64,000 bases of DNA from a virus: IMG/VR virus record IMGVR_UViG_3300048606_000091; one strand, given 5' to 3'. The first letter of the stretch is position 1, and every line of letters starts with the position of its first letter. Below, piece after piece: positions 33,792 through 43,979 of this stretch. Position numbers and translations under genes: made by a program. The notes beneath the pieces are model-generated. The model saw only the letters and a list, made by a program, of their open reading frames with translations, was not told the DNA's origin and did no database searches.

Positions 33792-34319
33792 CTAAGCAGA
33801 TGCAGCTAACAATCCACGGGCCGGAGGGTTCTCCAGATAGTCAATCGCACGCTGCAGTGCTTCAATGTCATCTCTCAAATGACCAAGTACATCTCGGTTA
33901 CAGAGCTTGCATAGCAAGCCTCTGACTTCCCCAGTTTCATGATCGTGATCAACAGCAAGCCGCTTGCTAGCCCCAGTAGCACGCTGGCAAATATAACACT
34001 TGCCGTTCTGCATTGCATACAACCGGTCATAGTCTCCAGGAGACAAACCGTAAACCTTCACGACTCGATTATCGTGAACTTGCTTCCGTACTTCCGCCCG
34101 TCGTACCCGATGGTGCGTCGTACATCTCGGACCCGGATGGGGGCAGGGGCGGGGAATCTTTGGTCGATACTCCGCGTCCTCCACAACATCCAGCAGGCTC
34201 ACCGGACGATATGGTAATGCGCGACAGACCTTGCATTCCTTGACTTTCTCTGTCGCCACGTACCGATCCTTCGTCAGAAGACGACGATGGCCTGGTACCC
34301 AGAACCGATACCAGGCCAT
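33792..34319 (-). CDS. recombination endonuclease VII family Holliday junction resolvase
   Basis: CYICQ..LAVDHDHETGEVRGLLCKLCN. Confidence 0.88.
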   Translation of the reverse strand: MAWYRFWVPGHRRLLTKDRYVATEKVKECKVCRALPYRPVSLLDVVEDAEYRPKIPRPCPHPGPRCTTHHRVRRAEVRKQVHDNRVVKVYGLSPGDYDRLYAMQNGKCYICQRATGASKRLAVDHDHETGEVRGLLCKLCNRDVLGHLRDDIEALQRAIDYLENPPARGLLAASA

Positions 34320-34332
34320 CGCCTCGGACAGA

Positions 34333-35337
34333 CTACGTCAGCCCGTCCATCAAGGACTCGAAGCTGAACTTCTCCTTGGCGGGAGCACCCGACGTTGCCG
34401 GCACCTGCTCCTTCGCTGGCGGAGCCTCCTCGGTGGTAGTGCCCACCGTGTCATCCAGCTCAGTCAGGGGAGCCGCCGGGGCCTCCTCCTTCGCCGGAGT
34501 CGAGGACTCCAGCAAAGCTGACCCGGAGTCGGCCAGCGTGCCCTCGAAGTCGGGCTCCTCGACCGGAGCACCACCCGAGTTGGCCTGAGCCCACTTGGCC
34601 TGGATCTCCTCGATGTCGGACTTCAGGTACCGAGGATCCGCCTTCCTGCCACAGTACGGGGCGAGATCCCCCGCGTTGTTGGTCTCGAACTGACGGGTAG
34701 CGCGCTCCCGATCCTTCGGGTCCTGGTTCAGGAAACAGAGCTTGCCGCCCTCGATGTTGTAGTTCTGGAAACCCACGTTGTCACACGGACCGAGCACCAG
34801 ATCCACGCTCATCGGGTCGCCGTTCTGGGCGAACTCCTCCAGAACGCTGACCACCTTGGCGTAGCGCTTCTCGGAGAGACGCCACACCAACACCGAGACG
34901 TTGCCCGAACCATCGGGCTGCGGAGTGTTGCCCTTGACCGCGTACCTGAAAACGTGCACCGCGAACTTCCGGTCCGGCTTGGAGAAGGCATCCGGGTCCG
35001 CCAGCGCGGCCTTGCAGATGGGGCAGTGCGCCGCATCCACGCCGGTCTCTTCCAGCGTGTCCAGATCACCCAGACAGATGGGCTGCCCCACGAAGTCCAG
35101 GTCCGGGACTTCCTTCTTCTCCTTGTTGCCAGTCGGACCGATCTCGATGGTCTTGTAGACCAGCTTGCCGGTAACGGCGGACAACTTCGGCTTGCGCAGC
35201 TGGTGGACCCACTCGAAGGAGGGCTCCGGCTCCGCCAGCGTCAGACGGATGTACTCGCCCAACTTCTGCATCTTCACCATCGGGAAGTCGGTCCCGCTGC
35301 TTCGTACATTCTTCACGTCGAACGTCATCTTAGGCAC
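34333..35337 (-). CDS. gp32-like single-stranded DNA-binding protein
   Basis: H...C..CPIC zinc motif, acidic flexible tail ending FSFESLMDGLT, position in replication block. Confidence 0.65.
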   Translation of the reverse strand: MPKMTFDVKNVRSSGTDFPMVKMQKLGEYIRLTLAEPEPSFEWVHQLRKPKLSAVTGKLVYKTIEIGPTGNKEKKEVPDLDFVGQPICLGDLDTLEETGVDAAHCPICKAALADPDAFSKPDRKFAVHVFRYAVKGNTPQPDGSGNVSVLVWRLSEKRYAKVVSVLEEFAQNGDPMSVDLVLGPCDNVGFQNYNIEGGKLCFLNQDPKDRERATRQFETNNAGDLAPYCGRKADPRYLKSDIEEIQAKWAQANSGGAPVEEPDFEGTLADSGSALLESSTPAKEEAPAAPLTELDDTVGTTTEEAPPAKEQVPATSGAPAKEKFSFESLMDGLT

Positions 35338-35474
35338 TTGTTATCTCCTGCTCTGTTTAACCGCCTGCTCGCGTCGGCAAGGCCGACAGCACAGTTATAC
35401 CCACAACCCCCGACAAGAATGACGAAGGAACAACCGTGCACTAACGGGCTTCGGCTCATTAGTTTTGTCTATTA

Positions 35475-36155
35475 TTAACTAGGACAAGTACGCAGCACGT
35501 TAGACAACGCCGTCTGCTCCGCTGGTGTAACCCACAACTTATACTTCTGCTTGACTTGGATCTGACCTAACACATACGTACACTGGAAAGATGCACGGGG
35601 GAGCCACGCACTTGCATTCTTGTCTCCCTTAGACTCGTTAGTAGGGCCGTCCACCGCTAACAAATTGAGCGGGTCATTCGCCAGCGCCAACCGCTCACCC
35701 GGAGAGAGCACAGCGGCGCCGGTACGCCAGGCATCCGCGAGCGCCACCACATGGTCGATCTGCACTCGGGTGGACTGCGGGCCTCGTACCCACACGATCG
35801 TCTTACCCGTGTAGGGATCAGCCAGCGTTCCCGACGTCACCTGACAACCTCGCGGGCGCACCACCTGGGTCATGTCCCGAGCGAGGATGTCGTTGCGGGT
35901 GTCGCAACCATTGTGATCCACATCCTGCCAGGCGGGCCCGAACTGATCACGGGAGTAGCCGAGCAGCGTGCCGGCCGGATGGACCGGCAGAGAGCGCAAC
36001 ACTTCCAGGCCCAGCTGCCCCGCTACGGAGACCTGAGCGGTAGGGGGAGGCAGTGGCTTACCGGTGGGCTCCCCGACCAGCACCAGACCAACCAGGGAGC
36101 CCACCGAGACCAACGCAACGGTCACCCAGGCGAGCACCCGGACGCGTGGCCTCAC
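35475..36155 (-). CDS. secreted/membrane-anchored HNH nuclease (DUF1524-like)
   Basis: N-terminal TM; GCDTRNDILARD, IDHVVAL, NDPLNLLAVDG. Confidence 0.85.
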   Translation of the reverse strand: MRPRVRVLAWVTVALVSVGSLVGLVLVGEPTGKPLPPPTAQVSVAGQLGLEVLRSLPVHPAGTLLGYSRDQFGPAWQDVDHNGCDTRNDILARDMTQVVRPRGCQVTSGTLADPYTGKTIVWVRGPQSTRVQIDHVVALADAWRTGAAVLSPGERLALANDPLNLLAVDGPTNESKGDKNASAWLPRASFQCTYVLGQIQVKQKYKLWVTPAEQTALSNVLRTCPS

Positions 36156-36442
36156 TCTTGATCACCAAAGAACTGCTCCTCCACCTCCGCGTAGGCAGCC
36201 CGCACCCGAGCACCCAGGGTGGCCAGCACAAACAGCTCTCGCAGGTCACCCATCGACATCCCGGTCACCTCGCCACGCCCGTACACGTTCGACGTAGCCC
36301 GCAGGATGATCGTGTCAGCATCAGACTCCTGATACACCGCCAGCACATGCGCGACATCGCCCAGCGGAGTGCCATCCGGACGGGGGATTCCAGCGGCGTC
36401 CAGCTCTTGCGCGCTGCGGGGAGAGAAGACTGATTTTGTCAT
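36152..36442 (-). CDS. hypothetical protein
   Basis: ORF track; overlaps both neighbours by 4 nt. Confidence 0.65.
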   Translation of the reverse strand: MTKSVFSPRSAQELDAAGIPRPDGTPLGDVAHVLAVYQESDADTIILRATSNVYGRGEVTGMSMGDLRELFVLATLGARVRAAYAEVEEQFFGDQE

Positions 36443-37008
36443 GACCAGATAGTACCGGCGTCGGTGCGGTCCAAACGATGCTCCGGGATAGACATGATGC
36501 GCAGCAGGGCATGCAGATCGTATCTAGTTGAATCCAACCCTCGACGAATGCCATCGATAAAGTCATACGTATCGTTGACCGCATCGAATACGCGTTGACG
36601 ATTCCGCGCATTGATACGCAAGCCCAGCACCGCTACATCGGCACGGGCATAACGCTCGCGGGGAGCGTCTTCGAAGCCGCCAAACGACGCGCGATTCCCT
36701 CGGCTACCGCCACCGGTGCCGGCTACCTTCTCCGCCCACGCATCGTCTACAGACGCAACAGATGATTTCAGCGCCACCCGGAGACCGGTGCGGAATCGGC
36801 CCAGCTCTGAGAGCAGCACCTCCGCCTGATCGAGGTTGCGGCGCACATCAGCCAGGCGAGCGAGCACCTCGACCGCGCCCTCTTCCAGCGAAGGCAAGCC
36901 GCGATGGATGCGCAGCGCCTTCGCTTCGTCTATGTCGTGAGCAAAGCGGGCCTCCGCCATGGCGACCCACTCGTCAGTTACTTCTTTACTGGCTGATGCT
37001 TCAGTCAT
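36439..37008 (-). CDS. coiled-coil hypothetical protein
   Basis: ATGA overlap with upstream stop at 37005-37008. Confidence 0.7.
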   Translation of the reverse strand: MTEASASKEVTDEWVAMAEARFAHDIDEAKALRIHRGLPSLEEGAVEVLARLADVRRNLDQAEVLLSELGRFRTGLRVALKSSVASVDDAWAEKVAGTGGGSRGNRASFGGFEDAPRERYARADVAVLGLRINARNRQRVFDAVNDTYDFIDGIRRGLDSTRYDLHALLRIMSIPEHRLDRTDAGTIWS

Positions 37009-37307
37009 GAAATCTTTTCTCTGACTTCCCGCACGGCTTGCATGGCACTCTTCATCATCGGATCGCCAGCCGATGTCACCCACGCCTCGTCGTTGGCACG
37101 GGCCTGGCGTTGGTTGGCCGCGATCAGCAGCTGCGCCATCCGCGACAGGATCATGTAGCGCAGCTGCAGCGGGATTGCCTCTACCTTCTCTCGGGGGATC
37201 TTCCAATCCACCATGAGCCGGTCGAAGTCAGAATCACCCAACTCCACCACCGGCCTACTCCATGTGCTGTCCGGCATCTCAAAGCTCGTACCCTCAGAAA
37301 CCTGCAT
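37005..37307 (-). CDS. hypothetical protein
   Basis: ORF track. Confidence 0.65.
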   Translation of the reverse strand: MQVSEGTSFEMPDSTWSRPVVELGDSDFDRLMVDWKIPREKVEAIPLQLRYMILSRMAQLLIAANQRQARANDEAWVTSAGDPMMKSAMQAVREVREKIS

Positions 37308-37316
37308 GAATCCGTA

Positions 37317-39371
37317 CTACCCTACGGAAGCAAGCTCAGGCTCAGCGACAGCCGGCTGATCTTTCTTAACTGGCAACACGATCTGATTGTTCTCGTCAAG
37401 CTTCAATTTCTGCATCGAACCCCAGCGGACGCCTACCTCCCAGTCCGCGCGCAGCTGTGGCCAGCCCGGAATGGGGAACACAACCTCCGGCTGCACCACA
37501 TCGATCACCTCTTGCGGGTGCACCGACGTCTCCACCTCGAAGACCAGCGCGTCGTGGATGTTCATGATCAGGTGCACGCGTCCCCGCAACGGCGACTTCT
37601 TCAGCGCATTGGTGCATCGGATCATGGCGATCCGCATGATGTCCGCCGCGCCGCCCTGCACGGGAGCGTTCACGCACAACCGCTCACCGTTGGCACGGAT
37701 CGCCGGCTTGTCCGACTCCAGCGCCCAGATGGGGTGGATGCGTCCGAACTTCGACATGGTCCGACCGTGCGCTACTCCATCCTTTGTCTGCTTGTCTACC
37801 CAACTCTTTACCGAAGAGTAGATAGCGAAGTACTTCTGCAAGAACGCCTTAGCTTCGTCGATCGAGATGCCCATGCGTTCGGACATGCCCTTTGGTCCTT
37901 GTCCGTATAACAAACTGAAGTTGATCGTCTTACCAATGGAACGTTGTTCCTCAGTTACTTGGTCGAACGGAATGCTGAACATCAGAGCAGCAGTCATCTG
38001 GTGAACATCATCGTTATTGTTGAACGCCTTCACCAGAGCCGGCTCGCCAGACAGGCCCGCGAGCACGCGCAACTCCACCTGGCTGTAGTCAAACCCGATC
38101 AAGTAATGCTTATCCGCAGCCATGACAATGTCACGGAACTTCAAGCTGAACTCAATACCATTGTCTAGCTTGTAATAGTACTTCTTGGGAAGCTGCTGGT
38201 ACGCGGGGTCCGACACCGCAAACCGACCCGAGACAATCGCGCACGCCTGATGGCTGGGATGTCCTCGTCCATCATCAGCATAGTTGAAGTCGCGCGGGTA
38301 CTTGGTCAGATAGGACCCGGAGAGCTTGCGCAGCTCCCGCCAGTTCAGGATCTTCTGCACCACCGGATGCTTCTTCGCCAGGCCGGACAGTGCCTTAGCG
38401 TCGGTGCTCATCTCACCTTTCTCGGTGAGCTTGGTCGTCTTCAATCCCAACTTCTGATACAGCACACCACCGACCTGCGGGGCGGACCCGAGGTTGATGT
38501 CGATCACCTCACCGACCAGCTCGCTCAAGTCATGCATGATCTCCGAGCGGAGCGCGGCGTTGAATTCGAGGGCGCGCTGATCCCACCGGGACATGGTCGC
38601 CCAGTCCATCGCGATGCCCCGGTCCTCCATGCTCGCCAGGATCGGCACCTGGCCCATGTCGACCTTGTACATCAGCCGGTCCTTGACGATCGGCCGGTGC
38701 TTGCGAGACAGCGCCAGACACCACGCCGAGTCCTCGCAGGCATAGGAGATGGTGCGCGCGTCCAGCTCCAGAGTGTTGAATCGCTGGCTCTTAGCTTGCT
38801 TGGCCGTAGCCTCTGGGAACAGGTCCGCGAACTCGGTCATCCGGTGCTGGAAGACATTCCAGGTGACCGACTTCAAACCGACCTCGATGAACTTGCCCAT
38901 CTCGAAACACTCGATCATGGAGTCCGAGAAGATCGGGAAATACCCGTTGGGCTCCAGACCGGCCTGGCGGAGTTCATCCTGGGTCAAATATTGACGAAAA
39001 AAGCTAGCAAGATGTCTTAACTCGAACAGACTGTTATGAGCAATTCCCTTACCGGAACCTAACAAGACCGCAAGTAATCTAGCGAACTCAGTGTTGTCTA
39101 CGTTATTCCCCACATCGTGACGCAGCGGAGTGTAGCGAGCCCAGGTCGGATGCCCGGAGAAGGACACTCCGACCACGAAGGAAGTCTCCGGGTGCAGCGC
39201 GTACTTCTCTTTGGGTGGTCCGCTATAGCCTGTTTCGATGTCAAACCCGAAACCGTCTTCAATGCCAGCTAGCTTGCTAAAGAGAACCTCAATTTGCGAG
39301 AGATCCGTGAGCAGACCAAAATCTACAGCCACGCTGGATTGCTCCACTTCCTTAACGAGACCGCACCGCAT
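37317..39371 (-). CDS. polA: family A DNA polymerase (3'-5' exonuclease plus polymerase)
   Basis: FDIET exo I, YACED exo III, DYSQVELRVLA motif A, RSIGKTINFSLLYG motif B, NIHDALV motif C. Confidence 0.93.
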   Translation of the reverse strand: MRCGLVKEVEQSSVAVDFGLLTDLSQIEVLFSKLAGIEDGFGFDIETGYSGPPKEKYALHPETSFVVGVSFSGHPTWARYTPLRHDVGNNVDNTEFARLLAVLLGSGKGIAHNSLFELRHLASFFRQYLTQDELRQAGLEPNGYFPIFSDSMIECFEMGKFIEVGLKSVTWNVFQHRMTEFADLFPEATAKQAKSQRFNTLELDARTISYACEDSAWCLALSRKHRPIVKDRLMYKVDMGQVPILASMEDRGIAMDWATMSRWDQRALEFNAALRSEIMHDLSELVGEVIDINLGSAPQVGGVLYQKLGLKTTKLTEKGEMSTDAKALSGLAKKHPVVQKILNWRELRKLSGSYLTKYPRDFNYADDGRGHPSHQACAIVSGRFAVSDPAYQQLPKKYYYKLDNGIEFSLKFRDIVMAADKHYLIGFDYSQVELRVLAGLSGEPALVKAFNNNDDVHQMTAALMFSIPFDQVTEEQRSIGKTINFSLLYGQGPKGMSERMGISIDEAKAFLQKYFAIYSSVKSWVDKQTKDGVAHGRTMSKFGRIHPIWALESDKPAIRANGERLCVNAPVQGGAADIMRIAMIRCTNALKKSPLRGRVHLIMNIHDALVFEVETSVHPQEVIDVVQPEVVFPIPGWPQLRADWEVGVRWGSMQKLKLDENNQIVLPVKKDQPAVAEPELASVG

Positions 39372-39491
39372 TGGGACTGGACAAACGGCCCACCTATGCG
39401 ATCAAGTCTCACCAAATTCTGAGAACTGATGTAATCCCGTCGAACGCTAATAACTACTTCGAACGCGGGAATCAGTACTACCCATCGGTGA

Positions 39492-40577
39492 TCACCAAGC
39501 CGCCACAAGTGCGGGGCCGAAACCAGGTGGGACTCCGCGACCGGAGCTAAGAACAGCGTCAAAATCCGCTAATAGTTTGCGGCACCTGCTGACCCGAGCA
39601 GCGTCAAACTTACGCGCAATGTTATGTCTCGGATCTTCTCGGTGAGCATAGTAGAGAATCATGTGCCGGGGAATGTTGAGTCGTCGCATAACGGTATCAA
39701 GCTTCTCCGCCGTGGCCAACGCTCCGTGCAGACCACCCAGCCAGTCCAGGCGTTGCCCGAGCAGCCCGAGCGTGCGGGACCACTCGATGCTGTCGAAGTC
39801 TTGCAGCGTCACCGACGCGAGCGCTTCCGCGCGCCGCTCGAACAGGATGTGATCGACCAGGTCTTCAGCGCCGTGCTTGCCCACCACCGCGTCCACCAGA
39901 CCGGTGAACTGGGAGTGCCCCAGGTTGCTGGCATCGGTTACACCCAGTAGACGCAGCGATCTGACCGCGTCACGAGCACGCAGAGAAGATCCTCCGACTC
40001 TCCGCCAGAGGTACTCAGCCTGGGATTGCGTGACTGGCAGACGCAAGCTGAGCCACCGTACAACCGGTGAGGGTCTGGTGCGATCAGATTGATCCACTGA
40101 CAGTGGTGTGCAGGTGATGACAGCGGACGACGAGTAGTCCTTGAGCCACTGCTCCCAGTCCGCGTAACTCGTCTCCCACACGGCAGAACCGGGAAGCGAC
40201 TTCTTGATGTTCCTCACGCGCTTTCCCATGGAAGGGCGATCAAGAATGAGCGCGAGGACGGTCTCGGGGTACACGGCAGCGCCGTCGATGAACACGCGCA
40301 GCTGCGCCCAACTACGGATCTTGTCCGCGTGGTGCACCACTACCAGCCGGCGGGTGATACCCGGCATCGGCTGCGTCGTCACGGAGTCCCAGACGCGGGC
40401 AGCGGTGGTCTCGCCATCCCCGACGTGGTGAAACGCCTGCTCTTGAGCCTGGGTCAGCGCGATGACTCGGTCCAGAGCGTCCGCGCGCAGCGCTGCGTCC
40501 TCACCGAGGATGACGTAAATCCGGTACTTCTTGGGCTTATCAGCGGCTGCCCACTGCAGAAACGACGGCACCCTCAC
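39492..40577 (-). CDS. clamp loader delta (HolA)-like subunit
   Basis: YVILGEDAALRADALDRV, RRLVVVHHAD; position in replication block. Confidence 0.6.
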   Translation of the reverse strand: MRVPSFLQWAAADKPKKYRIYVILGEDAALRADALDRVIALTQAQEQAFHHVGDGETTAARVWDSVTTQPMPGITRRLVVVHHADKIRSWAQLRVFIDGAAVYPETVLALILDRPSMGKRVRNIKKSLPGSAVWETSYADWEQWLKDYSSSAVITCTPLSVDQSDRTRPSPVVRWLSLRLPVTQSQAEYLWRRVGGSSLRARDAVRSLRLLGVTDASNLGHSQFTGLVDAVVGKHGAEDLVDHILFERRAEALASVTLQDFDSIEWSRTLGLLGQRLDWLGGLHGALATAEKLDTVMRRLNIPRHMILYYAHREDPRHNIARKFDAARVSRCRKLLADFDAVLSSGRGVPPGFGPALVAAW

Positions 40578-40618
40578 CTCCTACCGGGGCAGAGGATGAG
40601 GGTGACGGAGCTTGCATA

Positions 40619-40906
40619 TCAGTCAGCGTGGTTATTCACTGAGTTCATGTCAATCAGTGACTGGACCACGATCCACTCCAGATCCTTCTTGTGGTCGATC
40701 TGCAGAGCGACCCAACGGAACCGGCGCTGCCAGCGGCCGAAGTCCTGGCGGGCCAGCATCGGGCCCTCGGTACGGATCCGCTCCAGCACGTGCAGGAACA
40801 CGCCGCTGGTCGGCATGGGCCCGGAGAGCTGATCGGTCAGCTCTTGCAGCCACTCCTGGCGGACAACCTGGGCGGGCTTGGTCTCTTCAACGGTGCTCGT
40901 CATCAT
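40619..40906 (-). CDS. hypothetical protein
   Basis: ORF track; TATGTT box and GCAAG-repeat element upstream. Confidence 0.6.
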   Translation of the reverse strand: MMTSTVEETKPAQVVRQEWLQELTDQLSGPMPTSGVFLHVLERIRTEGPMLARQDFGRWQRRFRWVALQIDHKKDLEWIVVQSLIDMNSVNNHAD

Positions 40907-40956
40907 GGCTTAACCCTAACATACCAGCAACAGGCAAGCAAGTCAGCAACACAAGA

Positions 40957-41142
40957 TTATCTATCGAACCGCAGGAACAACCGGCGGAGCAACGGTTGGT
41001 CAGCTTCCCACTCCTCGGCGTGCCGAGTGCACCGACCATCCACACCCGGACGGGCCATAGACCAGTCGATCTCTTCCGGACAAGTGTCATCGTTACCGAC
41101 GCACATGTCTCGGCCGAAGCGGGAAAGCGGTGTGTTCGTCAT
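40957..41142 (-). CDS. small Cys-rich protein, leaderless MTNT class
   Basis: TTGACT-N17-TAGGAT-N6-ATGACGAAC. Confidence 0.7.
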   Translation of the reverse strand: MTNTPLSRFGRDMCVGNDDTCPEEIDWSMARPGVDGRCTRHAEEWEADQPLLRRLFLRFDR

Positions 41143-41173
41143 ACAATTATCCTACCCAAGCAAGGCGAGCAAG

Positions 41174-41407
41174 TCAAGATTCCTGTTGCTCCAACGCGAG
41201 CGCGTACCCGATCGGCATGTCATCCGCGTCGGCTGGCGCCCACTTCGTGTCCGCCACTTCGAATACCTCCTTGCGAGGCTCCACCCCGGATTGACCTGGG
41301 ACGGAAACCGGCGGGGCTGGTGGGCCCAGTGGCTTGACAACGGTCCGCCGACCACGCGAGCGCGGGGGAGGTGGAACGATCGGCTTCTTATCCTCAGAAT
41401 CCGTCAC
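41174..41407 (-). CDS. Pro-rich small protein
   Basis: GGGTAGGAG-N7-GTG at 41407. Confidence 0.55.
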   Translation of the reverse strand: MTDSEDKKPIVPPPPRSRGRRTVVKPLGPPAPPVSVPGQSGVEPRKEVFEVADTKWAPADADDMPIGYALALEQQES

Positions 41408-41472
41408 AAGATCTCTCCTACCCACACGACAGAGCCCCTGATCTTTCCAGATCAGGGGCCGTCGATGGACTA

Positions 41473-41994
41473 CTAGTGTTCGTCGAACCAGATATCCACG
41501 GCTCGGCCGTCCAGACGCACGGTCTGGTTCAGCACGAACCCGGGAGAACAGCCACAGGAGCAGCCCGCCACCTTGCTGAACTTCACGGTGAGCGGCCCCG
41601 AAGTGGAAAGTCGCACGTCCACACCGGACTGGCGCAGCACCGACATCAGCAACGGCAGCTCCCGCTCCAGGCCAACCCGTGCCCCGACAACACCCTTGCG
41701 CTGGTGCGCGGCGAGCACCGGGCACTTGCCGGTCAGCGAGCCAGCCCCCTCTCGACGCATCGCATCGAGCACCAGCCGGGTCTCCTCAGGCGACCAGCTG
41801 GGCTCGTTGAACACCTCCAGCGCGCCGTACGCCCGAGCCTTGGAGTTGGACGCAACAGAACGCGTGTTGGAGCGCTGGGTCAACCACACACGGAAATCGA
41901 GCGTGTCCAGCGTCCACCTCTTGTAGAGGCGGTGCTCCTCCACGGAGACCAAGACGGGACCTTCGGAGGTGGTGAGTGTCTGTGTGTTCGTCAT
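41473..41994 (-). CDS. hypothetical protein with GCSCGCSPGF motif, leaderless MTNT class
   Basis: TTGACA-N17-TACTGT-N7-ATGACGAAC. Confidence 0.75.
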   Translation of the reverse strand: MTNTQTLTTSEGPVLVSVEEHRLYKRWTLDTLDFRVWLTQRSNTRSVASNSKARAYGALEVFNEPSWSPEETRLVLDAMRREGAGSLTGKCPVLAAHQRKGVVGARVGLERELPLLMSVLRQSGVDVRLSTSGPLTVKFSKVAGCSCGCSPGFVLNQTVRLDGRAVDIWFDEH

Positions 41995-42026
41995 GTCAGC
42001 AACAGTACAGCAAGTCAGACATGTTG

Positions 42027-42320
42027 TCAACGACCAGCAAGATATACCTGCCAAGCTCGCTCCGGATCCACGCCGGCACCCTCCGCCGCGATGATGATCC
42101 ACTTAGCGGTCTCCACCGCTCCCGAGAGCAGTGCCAGGTCCCGCTCGGAGTCAGCGGACATGCCTAGAGATTCGAAGATCTCCCCATACTTTTCACGAAA
42201 AAAATGAGGGTCAATGTCTTCTTCAGACTTCACCACAATGGGGAGCACGGCAGAAACCACCACGAATAAATCGTCACGAATATTCAGAGCACGGAGAATA
42301 GTAGACATCTTCGAATTCAT
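42027..42320 (-). CDS. hypothetical protein
   Basis: GAGGAG RBS before ATG 42320. Confidence 0.6.
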   Translation of the reverse strand: MNSKMSTILRALNIRDDLFVVVSAVLPIVVKSEEDIDPHFFREKYGEIFESLGMSADSERDLALLSGAVETAKWIIIAAEGAGVDPERAWQVYLAGR

Positions 42321-42382
42321 CTCCTCGTTATCCCCGCTGCTCTGCACAGCACACTTCCCAGTCAATTCACACACGTAACGCT

Positions 42383-43297
42383 TCACTTTCCAACAAGAGC
42401 GGCTACCGCTCCTAGCACCAGGCGAGGACGCGCTCCCCGCACGGCACTGACAGCCCGCAAGACCCGCTGTGCCGCGAATGATGACACCTCCGGAGCGCCT
42501 GAGCCAGCAAAGATTAACCAATCGCCAGTCAACTTCTCATGGGCCCATCTCACCAACATCTCTGTGTCTTGTTCAGTCCAGATACGAGCTTTCTCTGTCA
42601 GCGCGATTTGATCACCGGCCGCGAGACTGGTCAACACGTCTACAACGGCCTGCACAGAGCCTTCAGTTCCCCGGGTGACCAAAGCCAACGACGGTGCCAC
42701 CCGTCCGCCACCCAGCGCTGACGCTCGCTTAGCTTCGCTCTCCGACAGATCAGAAACACAGAACAGGATCTCCGCGACCTGCTCGGGCTCTAGCAGCCCG
42801 GCGATCAGCTCCTGCGATCGTGATTTTATCATCGGCATCGTGGGGTGAGTGGCCAGCAGGATGAACCGAGTCGTAGGCGGTGGCTCCTCCAACAGCTTGA
42901 GCATCGCCGCCAGCGTGCGAGACGACGCGCTCCACTCGGTGCCGTCCGTCCGGACATTGTCCAACCGAAGGATGGCGACCTTGAACTCCGATGCCTGCGG
43001 GGCCGTCCGGGACCAGCTGATGATTCCACGCACCATGCCGATCCCAAGCTCCGGCTCATAAGTCGAAGCCACGATCTGTCGATCATCATTGCGGTCCACC
43101 GGGCGGCCGTACTCGTCTCGGTACTCCAGCTCCGGGAACACCCGGACGTCCGAAGGCGAGACGCCAGCACGCTTCACGGCATTCAATGCAACCGTTCGCT
43201 TACCAGTGGACGCTGGTGCTCGTAACAAAGTCACCAAAGGAAGCGGGACCAGTAGCCGCAGCCACCGGTCCCGTCCCAGAACTTCCCCGACTCTCAC
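42383..43297 (-). CDS. clamp loader delta-prime (HolB)-like subunit
   Basis: APASTGKR degenerate Walker A, FKVAIL, MLKLLEEPPPTTRFILLA. Confidence 0.8.
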   Translation of the reverse strand: MRVGEVLGRDRWLRLLVPLPLVTLLRAPASTGKRTVALNAVKRAGVSPSDVRVFPELEYRDEYGRPVDRNDDRQIVASTYEPELGIGMVRGIISWSRTAPQASEFKVAILRLDNVRTDGTEWSASSRTLAAMLKLLEEPPPTTRFILLATHPTMPMIKSRSQELIAGLLEPEQVAEILFCVSDLSESEAKRASALGGGRVAPSLALVTRGTEGSVQAVVDVLTSLAAGDQIALTEKARIWTEQDTEMLVRWAHEKLTGDWLIFAGSGAPEVSSFAAQRVLRAVSAVRGARPRLVLGAVAALVGK

Positions 43298-43306
43298 TTC
43301 ATGCTC

Positions 43307-43504
43307 CTACCCGCGATCTCTCAGACCCGCTATCAGATAGGCCGAAAGGGCGAGAGCCACAAGCGCAAGCCAGAGCCAGGGAAGCGCCAGCCAACCGTCT
43401 GCCGCTGAACCGCTGTTCAGAAATAACCACGACACTACTGAAAATGTAGCTGCCATAGATACTACAAAAACAGTTAGACACAACAGCATGCGGTCGACTG
43501 ACAT
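43307..43504 (-). CDS. small two-TM membrane protein
   Basis: two hydrophobic helices. Confidence 0.6.
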   Translation of the reverse strand: MSVDRMLLCLTVFVVSMAATFSVVSWLFLNSGSAADGWLALPWLWLALVALALSAYLIAGLRDRG

Positions 43505-43509
43505 CACTG

Positions 43510-43815
43510 CTACCCCTCACCTATGATCGCTCGCTGCAGCGGGAAGATCCCGTGCGGCCCGAGCTGCGAAACCTTGTCCGCACGTATTAGTCCGTTCAAC
43601 GTGTTGACCAAGAGAATGTTACGGTCCCGCACGGAAAGGGTCAGAAGGTTGGGGTAGAGGACTAGCGCGGCTGCGTTCACGGCCTGCACCGGAGGCAGCC
43701 CGTTGTCCAGAGCTTCCACCGCTACGTTGATCGACTTTCGGACCGTGGTGGCGGGGAACCCCGGGAGTGCCTTGGTGAAGGCATCCACCTGCTGGTCAGT
43801 CGCTGTGTTCGTCAT
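43510..43815 (-). CDS. hypothetical protein, leaderless MTNT class
   Basis: TTGACA-N17-TATGTT-N6-ATGACGAAC. Confidence 0.75.
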   Translation of the reverse strand: MTNTATDQQVDAFTKALPGFPATTVRKSINVAVEALDNGLPPVQAVNAAALVLYPNLLTLSVRDRNILLVNTLNGLIRADKVSQLGPHGIFPLQRAIIGEG

Positions 43816-43979
43816 GACCCCAACATACCAGCAAGGCCAGCACTTGTCAACTGTGCTGGCCTTGCTAGACGAGAGATGAAAGACGGTAGATGTTGAGGAT
43901 GGCGGGAAAACTAGGATCTCTACCATTAGAAGGGTTAGAAGGAAGCGCTCCCATTGCCTCAACTACATACTACCCAGAG

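Noticed and set aside
43816-43962. N-terminal extension of the 43510 ORF from TTG 43962
   Set aside because: A consensus TTGACA-N17-TATGTT promoter and the ATGACGAAC start at 43815 lie inside the extension, so the shorter start is preferred.
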